A stretch of 64,000 bases of DNA, taken from Rhynchopus sp. YZ270_cl-10. Its lineage: Eukaryota. The stretch lies in the NCBI GenBank assembly GCA_964035575.1, contig OZ037841.1, positions 1,364,001-1,428,000 of the forward strand, read 5' to 3'. The position numbers and the translations under genes were made by a program. This document shows, piece by piece, positions 10,063 to 20,978 of this stretch (positions within the stretch are counted from its first letter, which is position 1; every line of letters starts with the position of its first letter). Below the pieces are notes generated by a model. The model had not been told where the DNA came from. It searched no databases and saw only the letters and a program-made list of their open reading frames with translations.

Positions 10063-11709
10063 ATGCAGCTGTATGTGCTGTACCGTGGGGAACAACACCC
10101 TTTCGAAGTCGATGAGAGTATGGGAGAAGACCCAATAGAATACGTGTGTAGTCAGGTGGCGGCTGCAGTGGGGATCGAAGCAGATACCTTCACGTTGCTG
10201 TTCGATGGGAAACCTCTGCGCGACCGAGACGACATCATGCAACTGAGCGAGGACAACACGATCGAGATGACTCTGCGGGAGAGTCAATGCCCGACAATGG
10301 ATCTCTCTTGGTCCAACGCCCTCAGCAACAGAGGGGATGGCTTCCTCGCGCACCACACTTGGTTGACGACAATCACTCTTCCTCAAGAAAGCGACGTCGA
10401 GGATATAGGCAACGACTTCCTGTCGGGGTGCAGAGGGTTGACGACAATCGATCTTTCTGGTCTCAGCGCTGTCAGCGAGATAGGGAGTGGCTTCCTCGAG
10501 AACTGCACCTCATTGACAACGATCACACTGCCTGAAGAGAGCGGTGTCACGGAGATAGGCAACGACTTCCTGTCGGGGTGCAGAGGATTGAGGACAATCG
10601 ATCTCTCTGGTCTCAGGAAGGTCAGGAGCATAGGGGATGGCTTCCTCGAGAACTGCACCTCATTGACAACGATCACACTGCCTGAAGAGAGCGCTGTCAC
10701 GGAGATAGGCAGCGACTTCCTGCGGTGGTGCGATAGGTTGACGGCGATGAATCTCTCTGGTCTCAGCTCTGTCAGGAACATAGGGGATGGCTTCCTCTCG
10801 AATTGCGCCTCATTGAGAACGATCACACTACCTGAACAGTGCGCTGTCACGGAGATAGGCAACGGCTTCCTGTGTGGGTGCAGAAGGTTGAGGACAATCG
10901 ATCTCTCTTGTCTCAGCTCTGTCAGGAACATATGGGATGGCTTCCTCTCGAGCTGCACCTCATTGGCAAGGATCGCACTGCCTGAAGAGAACGCTGTCAC
11001 GGAGATAGGCAACCACTTCCTGTCGGGGTGCAGAGGATTGAGGACAATCAATCTCTCTGGTCTCAGCTCTGTCAGGAACATAGGGAATTACTTCCTCGAG
11101 GACTGCACCTCATTGGCAACGATCACACTACCTGAAGAGAGCGCTGTCACGGAGATAGGCAACATCTTTCTGTGGGCGTGCAGTGGGTTGACGACAATCA
11201 ATCTCTCTGGTCTCAGCTCTGTCAGGATCATAGGGGATGGCTTCCTGCGGGAGTGCAGGTCATTGACAACGATCACACTACCTGAAGAGAGCGCTGTCAC
11301 GAAAATAGGCAAGAACTTTCTGTCGTGGTGCAGAGGGTTGACAACAATAGATCTCTCTGGTCTCAGCTCTGTCAGGAGCATAGGACATGGCTTCCTCCAG
11401 AACTGCACCTCATTGGAAACCATCACACTACCTGAAGATAGCGCTCTCCAGAAGATAGGCAACGACTTCCTGTCGGGTTGCAGAGGGTTGAGGACTGTCG
11501 ATCTCTCTGGTCTCAGCTCTGTCAGGAACATAGGGGATGGCTTCCTCTCGAACTGCACGCTGTCATCGAACGAAAGGAAAATAACAGTGAAGCTCACCGG
11601 CAGCAGCGACGTGGTGTCTGCGCGAGTGCTGTCGGGATTGGACGGAACGGACGTTGTTGAGATGGTTCCCCCAACAGAGGCTACACTTGCGTTCATTCAG
11701 GGTAGCTGA
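10063..11709 (+). CDS. Ubiquitin-like domain + BspA/TpLRR-type leucine-rich-repeat protein (copy 1)
   Basis: N-terminus MQLYVLYRG...LLFDGKPL is Ubl-like. About 8 tandem 150-bp units each encode two 25-aa LRRs (LTTITLP..IGNDFLSGC / LRTIDLS..IGDGFLENC). Confidence 0.85.
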   Translation: MQLYVLYRGEQHPFEVDESMGEDPIEYVCSQVAAAVGIEADTFTLLFDGKPLRDRDDIMQLSEDNTIEMTLRESQCPTMDLSWSNALSNRGDGFLAHHTWLTTITLPQESDVEDIGNDFLSGCRGLTTIDLSGLSAVSEIGSGFLENCTSLTTITLPEESGVTEIGNDFLSGCRGLRTIDLSGLRKVRSIGDGFLENCTSLTTITLPEESAVTEIGSDFLRWCDRLTAMNLSGLSSVRNIGDGFLSNCASLRTITLPEQCAVTEIGNGFLCGCRRLRTIDLSCLSSVRNIWDGFLSSCTSLARIALPEENAVTEIGNHFLSGCRGLRTINLSGLSSVRNIGNYFLEDCTSLATITLPEESAVTEIGNIFLWACSGLTTINLSGLSSVRIIGDGFLRECRSLTTITLPEESAVTKIGKNFLSWCRGLTTIDLSGLSSVRSIGHGFLQNCTSLETITLPEDSALQKIGNDFLSGCRGLRTVDLSGLSSVRNIGDGFLSNCTLSSNERKITVKLTGSSDVVSARVLSGLDGTDVVEMVPPTEATLAFIQGS

Positions 11710-12246
11710 TCGGCAACAATATGAGGCTGCAGTTGGGTTGTGCCGAGTTGCTTCAGCAGGTACAGCTGTGTGATGTTGTTGTGTCTCTGATATTGAACGG
11801 GGCAGGGGAAGGGAAGGGGAGGGCAGTTAGGTTGGGGTGTAATACCAAAAATCATCCATATTCTGCGGGGTTTTTTTTGTTGTCTTGCTCATACATTGTT
11901 CCTCGTCGAGGTTTGTTCACTGACGCTAATAGAAGACCTCCCCCCTTTTTTTACCTTTGCGGCACACCTTTCTCTATGCACTTATCAGGGCCCCCTACAC
12001 GACGTGCTCCACACTGTCGAGGTTCTGGTTGTCAGTACAGTGTCTTGCCTATCCTCCGACTACAGAGTACATACTCTTTTTTTTGTTTTTCAAGCCAACG
12101 TACCGTTTAACGCATTAATATTGGAACGGTTGAACATTTTTTAGGCGTTCCAACATTTTTACGTCAACGGTGTCAAATGCAGATATTACCCATATATCAC
12201 AACCAAAAAACAGCCCCCTCCCCTTCCCTACACAAAAAAGGCAGTC

Positions 12247-12792
12247 ATGTCTTCACAACAATCCGAAATTGATTTTATGTCGATAGAGCCTTGGGTGTGG
12301 ACGATGATTAGCTGTGCTGCGTTTGTGTTTTTTATTGTTGTTCCGGAGGGGTTGAGGGATGCGAACTTTGGGTCTTTGACGGTGATGGTTGCGAACTTAC
12401 ATTATGCCATGTGGTCTGTACAAGCTTCGGAGTGGATGTTTCTCACTTTCGAAGCGATCCTGGCACTCTACGACCCCATCCCACGACCACACATCGTAGG
12501 CATCATAACCTACGTCATCTCCATGGCCTTCCTCCTCTCGGCCATCTGGACCCTCCACTCCCAAGGCGAGCTCGAAGAACGCGAGCGCCACGAACGCAAG
12601 CACAGCGACATCTACAGACGCAAGGTCCCCCTGATCCCCTCCTGGGGGCTCATGGTGATGTGGACACTCACGTTCTCGCTTCTCTTCCATTGGGTGGGGG
12701 GGCTGCATATCTTGATGGGCCAGGTATTTTTTCTTCCCTCCCCCCCTTTTTTTGGGAGCCTTTCAGGCTTTTGTACAGTTTTTTTTTCTTGA
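12247..12792 (+). CDS. Multi-pass membrane protein of unknown function (probable intron from 12724)
   Basis: Several hydrophobic helices. CAG|GTATTT donor after codon 159; the last exon is uncertain. Confidence 0.65.
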   Translation: MSSQQSEIDFMSIEPWVWTMISCAAFVFFIVVPEGLRDANFGSLTVMVANLHYAMWSVQASEWMFLTFEAILALYDPIPRPHIVGIITYVISMAFLLSAIWTLHSQGELEERERHERKHSDIYRRKVPLIPSWGLMVMWTLTFSLLFHWVGGLHILMGQVFFLPSPPFFGSLSGFCTVFFS

Positions 12793-14496
12793 AGGGCGAA
12801 AAAAATAATGTACCCTCCAAGTCAGCACCGCGTTCTTAGCCTAGTATAAGGCGACTTTGCAGTACTTCTGTTTGCGACGAGTCGTGGAATACACAAGCGG
12901 TTCGTCTTTTGTTGTTGTGTCCTGTTCGTCATCGAGTTCTGTCCCAGAACAAACTCTGCTGAACTCGTCGACAAGCTTGTCCAACATTTCTTCATCTAGG
13001 TTGTATTGAGACAGATGAACAGCAGTTTGCGGAAGGGTATCATCTGTGGTGGTCCGTTTTGTAGGTCCCTGGCGAGCCGGGCCCTTCTGTGGCCTGACCA
13101 ACAGACCCTTTGCGGAGGGTATCATCGTGTACCTGTCCTGCTGGCGGCTTCACTCCGACAATTCCGCTTTTTGACAGAGAAGATTAAACATGAACCTGGC
13201 ACCAAAAGGGCGCAAGCTTCTTGATACTGTGCGTCGTCATTTCGTTTGTATCCCCAGACACAGCACCACAACCGTCAGTGGCAATCGACACGAGTACATG
13301 TCAACACTGAAGGGTACAATAGCCGACACATTGCTTCCTCCAATAGATGTTGGAAGTCGGTGTTTGCCCGATTTTGTTGTTGCTTAGCTACGAATCGCAC
13401 TTCAGTCGCATGAGGTCTATTCCCAATGATTTTTCAGGATTCTGGAAAGCTGCTTTTGACGCCACCTCGAGAGTGTTGAAGAAGGGAGGTCGTTCTTCTT
13501 CTTCGGACGAAGGTGGTTTAGATGTGAAACACATTTTTTTTATATGCTCGTCAGTCTAAGCCTGCGAGGCTTGGTTCGCCTCTTTAACCCGTATCTCCGC
13601 CTTCAGTTTATCTGATGGGAAGGGAATTGTTTTGATCATCTGTATCATCCTGCACATATCAACAACCACACACCAACACAGGTATACCCAGTTGCGATAT
13701 GCGTTGGTGTGGGTCTCATGATTTTTGTCGCATAGCAGGAAAAAGGGATGCCGTTCATCTGACCCTTCCCCCCCCTCTTGTGTGCACGAGAGGCACATTC
13801 ATCTTTCAAGCTTTCTTCTTTTTTTTTAAACCGCGGAGAACCAGTTGACTGGTCCGCCGATTGTACGGCGAGGCTCGCACTTTCAACTTCTCTCTTTTTT
13901 AAACCACTCCCATGCGCATCACTCCGGGGGTTCGATAACCCACGGAGTGTCAGTGCCTGCGTCCCAGAGGCGTTTGCACTTTCAACTTCTCTCTTTTTTA
14001 TTTTTTTTTTGGGTTGCATTGTTGCAGTACCCTCCCTTAGACATCCCCCCCTTTTTTTAGACACATTTAAACACATTTAAGGGACAACTCTCACTGGGCC
14101 ACCTCTATGTTTAACAACGGCTGGGTGGAATGGGTGGGGGGGGGGGGGGGGAAGATTGGTGCATTGGGGTTCTGGGGTGGTCGTTAACAGTAGGGCGGTA
14201 AGCTTTGAGGGATATGGGAGGGTCCATATTAGGGGGGGAGGTAATTGGTATTTTTTTTGGGCATCCCCCCACTCTCTCAATAAGAATACCCGAAAATAAT
14301 TGATTGTTTTGCCCCTTCGAAATCCTTTCTTGGATGTTGGAGTCCATCGTCAAAATGTATGCCATCTGGCATCTGTCCATTTTCATACAAAGCTTGTTTC
14401 TTCTGATAACCCGCATAAAACAAACCAACGCAAATGGACATTTCGTACACATTTCTTTTTTTTTCACTCAAAATTTACAGAAAACACAAAAAACCT

Positions 14497-15138
14497 ATGT
14501 CGCGCATCAACGAATACAGCAAATGGGACGGCATCGGCGACAGCGAGGACGAGCAGGAGAAGGAGGACAACGCACACCGCTCCAACCTCTACCAGAGCCT
14601 CCACATGGAGAGCCAGCAGCTCTTCGACTACGCAAGCGCCGGGGCCTTAGCCGAGGTGAAGAAGGTGCTGGACCGTGGCGCCTTCATCAACTGCAAGCTG
14701 CCACAAAACGGCAACACTGCTTTGCATATGAGCCTCTGGCTCGAGCACCGTGACGTCTCCTCCTACCTTTTGACCCGCGGTGCCGATCCTGAGATTAAAG
14801 ACAACGACGGCCTGCGCCCACTGCACACTGCTGCCTGGGCGGCGTTCAGCGGTGACGTAAAAATGGTTGAAGTGCTCCTAGCGAAAGGCGTCGAGATCGA
14901 CCCGCAGAACAACTCAGGGAACACCCCGCTCCACCTCGCTGCGACGGTAAGCTACGAATGCACCGAGGTCCTTCTCAACGCAGGCGCGAACCCTCTCATC
15001 CGCAACGAGAACAACCAAAACGCCCTCGAATACTCAAAAGAAAAGGGCTTCGGAGCAACAATGAAGCGCAAAAGGTGGCAGGAGCTCCTCGAAATGCTTG
15101 CTCAAGCAATTGAGAGGTGGGAGGCGAAGAAGAAATAA
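14497..15138 (+). CDS. Ankyrin-repeat protein
   Basis: GNTALH, GLRPLH and GNTPLHLAA ankyrin motifs. N-terminal EYSKWDGIGDSEDE. Confidence 0.9.
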   Translation: MSRINEYSKWDGIGDSEDEQEKEDNAHRSNLYQSLHMESQQLFDYASAGALAEVKKVLDRGAFINCKLPQNGNTALHMSLWLEHRDVSSYLLTRGADPEIKDNDGLRPLHTAAWAAFSGDVKMVEVLLAKGVEIDPQNNSGNTPLHLAATVSYECTEVLLNAGANPLIRNENNQNALEYSKEKGFGATMKRKRWQELLEMLAQAIERWEAKKK

Positions 15139-16479
15139 AGCGGATAACAGAAGAAAGAGACTTGCCGAAGAGATACAAGAGGGAAAGGGGGATGGAAAGA
15201 GAAAAAAAAGAGTTTGTTCTAAGGGGTGTTTGCACGATTTGCGTACGTCTGTTGTTCAGTACAACAGCCTTTGGGCGATGAAAAAAAAAAGGTGCTAATG
15301 ATGCTTTCGGAAATCGGTCAGCCTGTCAATATCGACCCCTCCCGGAGCACCACCTCTTATGGTTCAAATAAAGAATAGAAAGTTTTCAAAAAAAGGGGGG
15401 GGTGTTTCTCAATAGCCGTGTGTTGCGAGAGAGAGAAGGAGAGGTAGATTTTCACGTAGATTATATTTTTATTTTTTAGTTTTCTTCAAAGTGTCAGGGA
15501 GGCATTCGTTTGCTTTGTTGTGGCTCGGTGAGAGGGGCCAAAACGTACCCATCAGTATGGTGCTTTTTTTTTTTCCAAAAAAGCTAACCCTGATACAGAT
15601 CTCAAAGCAATTAAAAAAGCCAACCCCCGAATATTTCCATTTTTTTTTTTTTTTGCGACCATTTTCAGCAGGGGTTAAGTTAGCTTTTTTTTTTTCTCGC
15701 TGAGTCGGGTTTTCTGGGTTTTTTCGGGTTTTCTGGATTTTGCGAAAAATAACCCATTCCCTCCGCGAGCGCAGCGAGCGGGAAAATTTTTAAGGTGCAC
15801 CTCCGCGAGCGTAGCGAGCGAAATTTTTTTTTCGCAATTTTTGGGGCAAAGTTCAAAAATCCCACCAAAAAGTGGGGGGGTTTTTGGATTTGTCCTAACA
15901 ATTTTGGAGCATAAATTTGAAGAACAGGACTGGTGTACCCCTCACCGACCTCAGTTCCCACGTCCTGCCTCACCCGCACTCTCGCAACACTAGTACTGAA
16001 CCCGAAGTTCGCCAGAGATCCCTGTTGCCTCTTCATATGAATAATTCCCAGTTCTGACGGGGGGTTTGTTTGGGTCGGGAGGATTTTTTTTTCTTAGAGG
16101 GTGGGGTGGGAGGGGCTCCGCCCCCACCCCTACCCCACCTTCCCAGCCTACACCACCCAAAAATTTGGATTTTTTTTTTTTTTCAGATTCCATTTTTTTT
16201 TTTTTTTTTTTTTTTGTGTTATCAAGCATTGACGAATAGAAATGGAAAACGACGGATGGTGCGTGCCCGCTTTAGCGTATTGTTGTTCCACTAACATCAC
16301 TCACATTCATCAGTGAAAAACACAATCCTTTTGCGGTGCGATAAACGAAAAAGTGTTTTCTTGTCTTTTTGTTTTTCTGCACTTTGAGTGTTTTCGGCCT
16401 TTCTTATCATTTACACAAACTATGGAAAGACACTCGAACAACGCGCAAAAGAAGCCGCTGTGGTCAGCGTTGGCCCCGT

Positions 16480-16924
16480 TGACCGAAGCAGCAGGCCTCC
16501 CTTGAGTTGATCAACCTGATTACTCACATGCCTGGCATCCGGAGTACTGCCTGCCTCGCAGGTGCAGGAAACGGAGGTAAAGTACTTCTGAACACGGATC
16601 CTCCGTGGACGGTGAAGGAAACACCCATGCCCTTGCATGCTAACTCGGCTGGAAAGGAGCTGCAACGCGCAGATCCACCGAGTGGGACGCCGGGACAAAC
16701 TGTGACCGAAGCAGGAGGCCTCCCTTGAGTTGATCAACCTGATTACTCACATGCCTGGCATCCGGATTACTGCCTGCCTCGCAGGTGCAGGAAACGGAGG
16801 TAAAGTACTTCTGAACACGGATCCTCCGTGGACGGTGAAGGAAACACCCATGCCCTCGCATGCTAACTCGGCTGGAAAGGAGCTGCAACGCGCAGATCCA
16901 TTGAGTGGGACGCCGGGACAAACT
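16480..16924 (+). repeat. Tandem 223-bp duplication inside the retroelement (third partial copy ~19088-19241; a second duplication ~16960-17105 / ~17270-17412)
   Basis: TGACCGAAGCAG... starts at 16480 and again at 16703, with near-identical translated ORFs. Confidence 0.85.
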
Positions 16925-17769
16925 GCCAGGGCGGGAAAGGGTTCCGACGACGACTCCGAAGGTCCCCGTGGTCAATGATCAGGCCACTCCCGTGACACCA
17001 CCACTGCCAGAGTTCACCCCAGAGTTGGATGTCATCGCTCGCATGCTGGATGAGAGAATAGCGTCCCAAGTACTGCCTGTCGCACAGGTGCAGGAACCGG
17101 AGAGAACAGTACTTCCTGACGCGGTCCATCCGCTGAAGGTGAAGGAAGGGCTCGCGCTAAGCATGTTAACCCGTTGGGCAGACCGCACGCTGCAGTCTCA
17201 CCGGGGGGGTAGTAGCCTGGGAAATAGGCAGAGGCGGGGAACTCAACCGAGGCGATGGACGGCTACAAATCCGAAGGCCCGTCAATGATCAGGTCACTCC
17301 CGTGACATCACCACCGCCAGAGGTCACCCCAGAGTGGATGTCATCGCTCGCATGCTGGATGGGAGTCTAGCTTCCCAAGTACTGCCTGTTACACAGGTGC
17401 AGGAACCGGAGAATGCATCTGCAAAAGCCTCAGAGAAGAAGAAGGGGGCAATCCACAAGAAGGAGGGAGACAAAGTCGCCAAGAAGGCCGCGGACACCAA
17501 GTCGGACGGAGGAAGGAAGATCCGCTGGACAGGTCGTCGGCAATGACGGACGCACAGCGGCGTTTAGATCTTCCACATTCAAATAAAAATTTTCCTCCCT
17601 CTCATATACGTCTTCCTCCCGCTTACCCTTTGCTGTCCCCACCCTCACACCTCACCACACTTTAAACCCAACCCTCCCTGCTCCCCACGCACATTCCGTC
17701 ACCACGCTGGCCCTGAGACGACCGAAACCAGGGAATAGCACTGAGCGTGGACGAGATGGAAGGTCTTGT

Positions 17770-19000
17770 GCTGGGGCCCAGGGCGAGACTAGCGGGCGCT
17801 CTAGCGAAGGACACAACCGATTCAGTGGAGTCTGTCACCCACGCCTTGTGGAGTTCTCAGGTTTTAATAGGAAAACTGGCGGGGTTTCTCCTGTGTACGA
17901 CAGCGGTGGTTCGGTGGCTGACGCAGCTGCTGGAGTGGAAGGACCTGTCCGAATCTTCCGCCCTGCTGAGTACGGCAACAGTCACCCAGAGCCTGCCCTA
18001 TACGTTGGTTGCTTCCAAGACACTGAGGGTGATGCATTCGAACAGCATGAGCAAGTTGTTGACACATTCTGCGAGTGATTCACTGTCGCTACTGGTACGG
18101 CGTCGGTTTCGCTTCCACCTTCAACGATCCAGTCACTTTCGAAGAAGCGCGTCCATGTCGATGTCTTTTCCAACAGGCACTGCGAGTGCAACAGCTTCGA
18201 GGAGTGCGTCATTGTCAGAGTCGCAAAATGCATCCAATAGTGAGTCGCTGACGGGGGTCGTTGAGTAAAAGTGCGTCAATATCGTTGAGCTTGCCAACAG
18301 GGTCACAGACGCAGTCACATACATTGAGTCAGAGCAACACATTCAGCGCGACGTTTTCATACAGCTTGAGAAAGTCGTTGTCACTAACGGAGAGCGCGTC
18401 CGCGCCAATGTCTCTTCTAACGGGAACTGCGAATCTGAGGATGGGCCACCCGTCACGAGATTGCCCTCATGCTCACCCACATCCTGGACAATTTCGAGCG
18501 TTCATTGCTGAAGGAGGGAGCTTTTCGTCCGAACACTCAGGTTCCACCTATCCTCCCACAACTACTTCACAGAGCAGTGAGAAGGCCGGTACCGCGATAC
18601 TGAAGTTGGGATTCATACTGGCATGGTTCGGAGCAGCGAGATTCGCGGATCTCAAGGTCCTTCGGCGAGCCGGTCCAAGTGGGTGCACGTCGGGAGCGGG
18701 GCCGTGGTTTAGAGCGGATCAAAGTCCGATCTTTCGTACGAGGCACAGCGACTTCCGGACTGGGCACAACGACTGCACGCAGACACACTGACAAGCATCG
18801 CTACGGAGTCCCTCGTATTCAACTTTTCCCGCTACAGCTTCTTCAAGGTCTTGAAGCTTATCGTCCGAAGATTGACGGATCATTCAGTGAGGCGGGGCAC
18901 TGCAGGAGCTGGCAAGAAGGGGACCTAGGAGCAGTCTTGCGCCGCCAGCCGGCACGACAGCACCAAGGCCCTTCTCCACTACATCTCGTAGCTCCTCATC
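17770..19000 (+). pseudogene. Tyrosine recombinase remnant, frameshifted and interrupted
   Basis: ILAWFGAARFADL (box I Arg) at ~18610-18650. CATTCAGTGAGGCGGGG = HSVRRG (box II) at ~18880. Downstream RH and LHYI-like motifs lie in shifted frames. Confidence 0.7.
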
Positions 19001-19699
19001 ATCGTGGGGGAAGTCAACTCACGGGATAGCTCAACCAAAATTGCCCTCCTGTGACAACATCTTCGCGGTAGGCCAGATCCAAGCGCTTGGCATCCGGAGT
19101 ACTGCCTGCCTCGCAGGTGCAGGAAACGGAGGTAAAGTACTTCTGAACACGGATCCTCCGTGGACGGTGAAGGAAACACCCATGCCCTCGCATGATAACT
19201 CGGCTGGAAAGGAGCTGCAACGCGCAGATCCACCGAGTGGGAGATTTGCGTCGTCAACCGGCACGAGACCAAGAGCACATGACGCATGGCCCTCCACTAC
19301 TTCCCACAACTCCTCGTCATCGTGGGGGGAGTCAACCACTTCCGAGCTCTGGGCAGGGAATTTATGATAGGTACCGACCCCCAATACCGCATGGCTCCAA
19401 AGTGGGTGGACAAATCCCGCGAGACGTTAACGGTAGAATGCTGTACTGTCTGGCGTCTGCACTGAGAGGGTGCTGTACCACTTATTTGGGAGTGTGGTTT
19501 CGCAGACGTTCTGCTGTCGGGGACGACTGTGCACACTCCGACGTACCCTCCTCCTCATCAGCGACGTGGCGCGGCGCATCGACTCGGCCTACGCATGAGA
19601 CGTCCTCGTGGAGTTTCCTCAAATGGTGAGACTTGAGCTGGCGTACCAACAACAGGTCATTCAGAAGAACGTCTGATCCACAAGGAGCCCACTAACACC

Positions 19700-20010
19700 A
19701 TTGCGGGATGGTCTGATGCATCGTCGATGGACCCTGGAGGGACCCCGGAAATGATGTGCCTCCGCGATGTACGCTTTTTTGTGAGGGAGCTGCTCGCAGC
19801 TATCGGTCTCGTCCTCCTTGCGATCACGTACACAGATACAACGCACGCGCGTTCTTGTGGTACTTCGACAACTCTGCGGTAGTAGCGTGCATCGAGAGGG
19901 GCCACAGCAGTAGCCATGTCGCGAACGAACTTTTGGAGTATTTTGTTCGGGGTGGCGGATGCGAGAGGATTTAGTTCTTGCTCTTATCGAGAACGTCCGC
20001 TGCTCAGACA
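19700..20010 (+). pseudogene. Retrotransposon RNase H remnant
   Basis: FVRELLAA and FDNSAVVACIERGHSSSHVANELL motifs typical of DIRS-type RNase H, in broken frames. Confidence 0.65.
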
Positions 20011-20978
20011 GGGGTTCTTTATCTTCACCCGCTGGTCTGGCATCGAACTAGACACCTTTCGGTGATCCGCCTTTGAAGTGGGACCAGTTGACAATCCTTC
20101 CTTGCTTTGGGCTTTAAGCCAGGTTTTTCAAAGGTTTTCACACAGAAGGTGTCTTTTTGTCGGGTGTTCTGGACACTGGTGGTCGGATCAGATGACGACT
20201 ATCTTGTCCTTTGTACTCTCCCCTATGTTTGCAACATATAGTCTTGCACTGAACACATGACGAACCGTCACGTTGTTCAGTTACCTGGGGGTTTTGGGTG
20301 CGATAAACGAAAAAGTGTTTTCTTTATTTCATTTAACTGTCATATCCTGAAGTCGTTTTCTATTTTTGTGTTATCAAGCATTGACGAATAGAAATGGAAA
20401 ACGACGGATGGTGCGTGCCCGCTTTAGCGTATTGTTTTTCCACTAACATCACTCACATTCATCAGTGAAAAACACAATCCTTTTGCGGTGCGATAAACGA
20501 AAAAGTGTTTTCTTTATTTCATTTAACTGTCATATCCTGAAGTCGTTTTCTATTTTTTTTTTTGAAAAACCCGAAAACCCGAAAACCGGGTTTTGAAAAC
20601 CCAGAAACCCGCCCTAACTTAACCCCTGATTTTCAGATTATCATAAGAGCAGAACGCAAAACGATGCGTAACCTGAAGTAAACAGGATGGGTTCGTCCCA
20701 GCCTGGAGTCATCACGCTTGCAGCTCCTTAAAGGGCAAAACAGTCAGACACGGTGGTGAAAATCAAGACTCCGATGCTACCACACTATTACTGATGGGTG
20801 ACTCACATACAGTATACAGTCTTCTCACACACAATCCAGAGGTGAAAAAAAAGTCGTTACACACACACACAAACAATTTAGGGGTTCTGTAAGCTTAGGG
20901 AAGCACCGCCTGATATACCGCCTGAGGGAAAAGGGCAAAGCACATTAAAAGCAATCATAGTACGTCCCCAAAAATAAA

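Larger units (their letters stand above)
16216..20556 (+). mobile_element. Degenerate tyrosine-recombinase (DIRS/Ngaro/VIPER-TATE-like) retrotransposon with split direct repeats
   Basis: A1 16216-16362; B1 20297-20367; A2 20368-20514; B2 20487-20556. Internal YR and RNase H remnants. Both ends sit in T-runs. Confidence 0.8.
15669..20628. mobile_element. Non-autonomous hAT element (15-bp TIR, 8-bp TSD) hosting a nested retrotransposon
   Basis: TIR CAGGGGTTAAGTTAG / CTAACTTAACCCCTG. Exact TSD ATTTTCAG at 15661-15668 and 20629-20636. Confidence 0.92.

Noticed and set aside
10350..11560. 150-bp periodic repeats as a CRISPR-like array
   Set aside because: They are in-frame coding LRR units with no unique spacers and no cas genes.
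10383..11696. Long minus-strand ORFs over the LRR gene (likewise 24817-25761, 40603-42227, 60928-61716)
   Set aside because: Antisense shadows of repetitive coding sequence.
12841..13540. Minus-strand coding-like remnant with a possible SWIM-like C..C.H pattern
   Set aside because: Broken frames; the motif is too weak to call.
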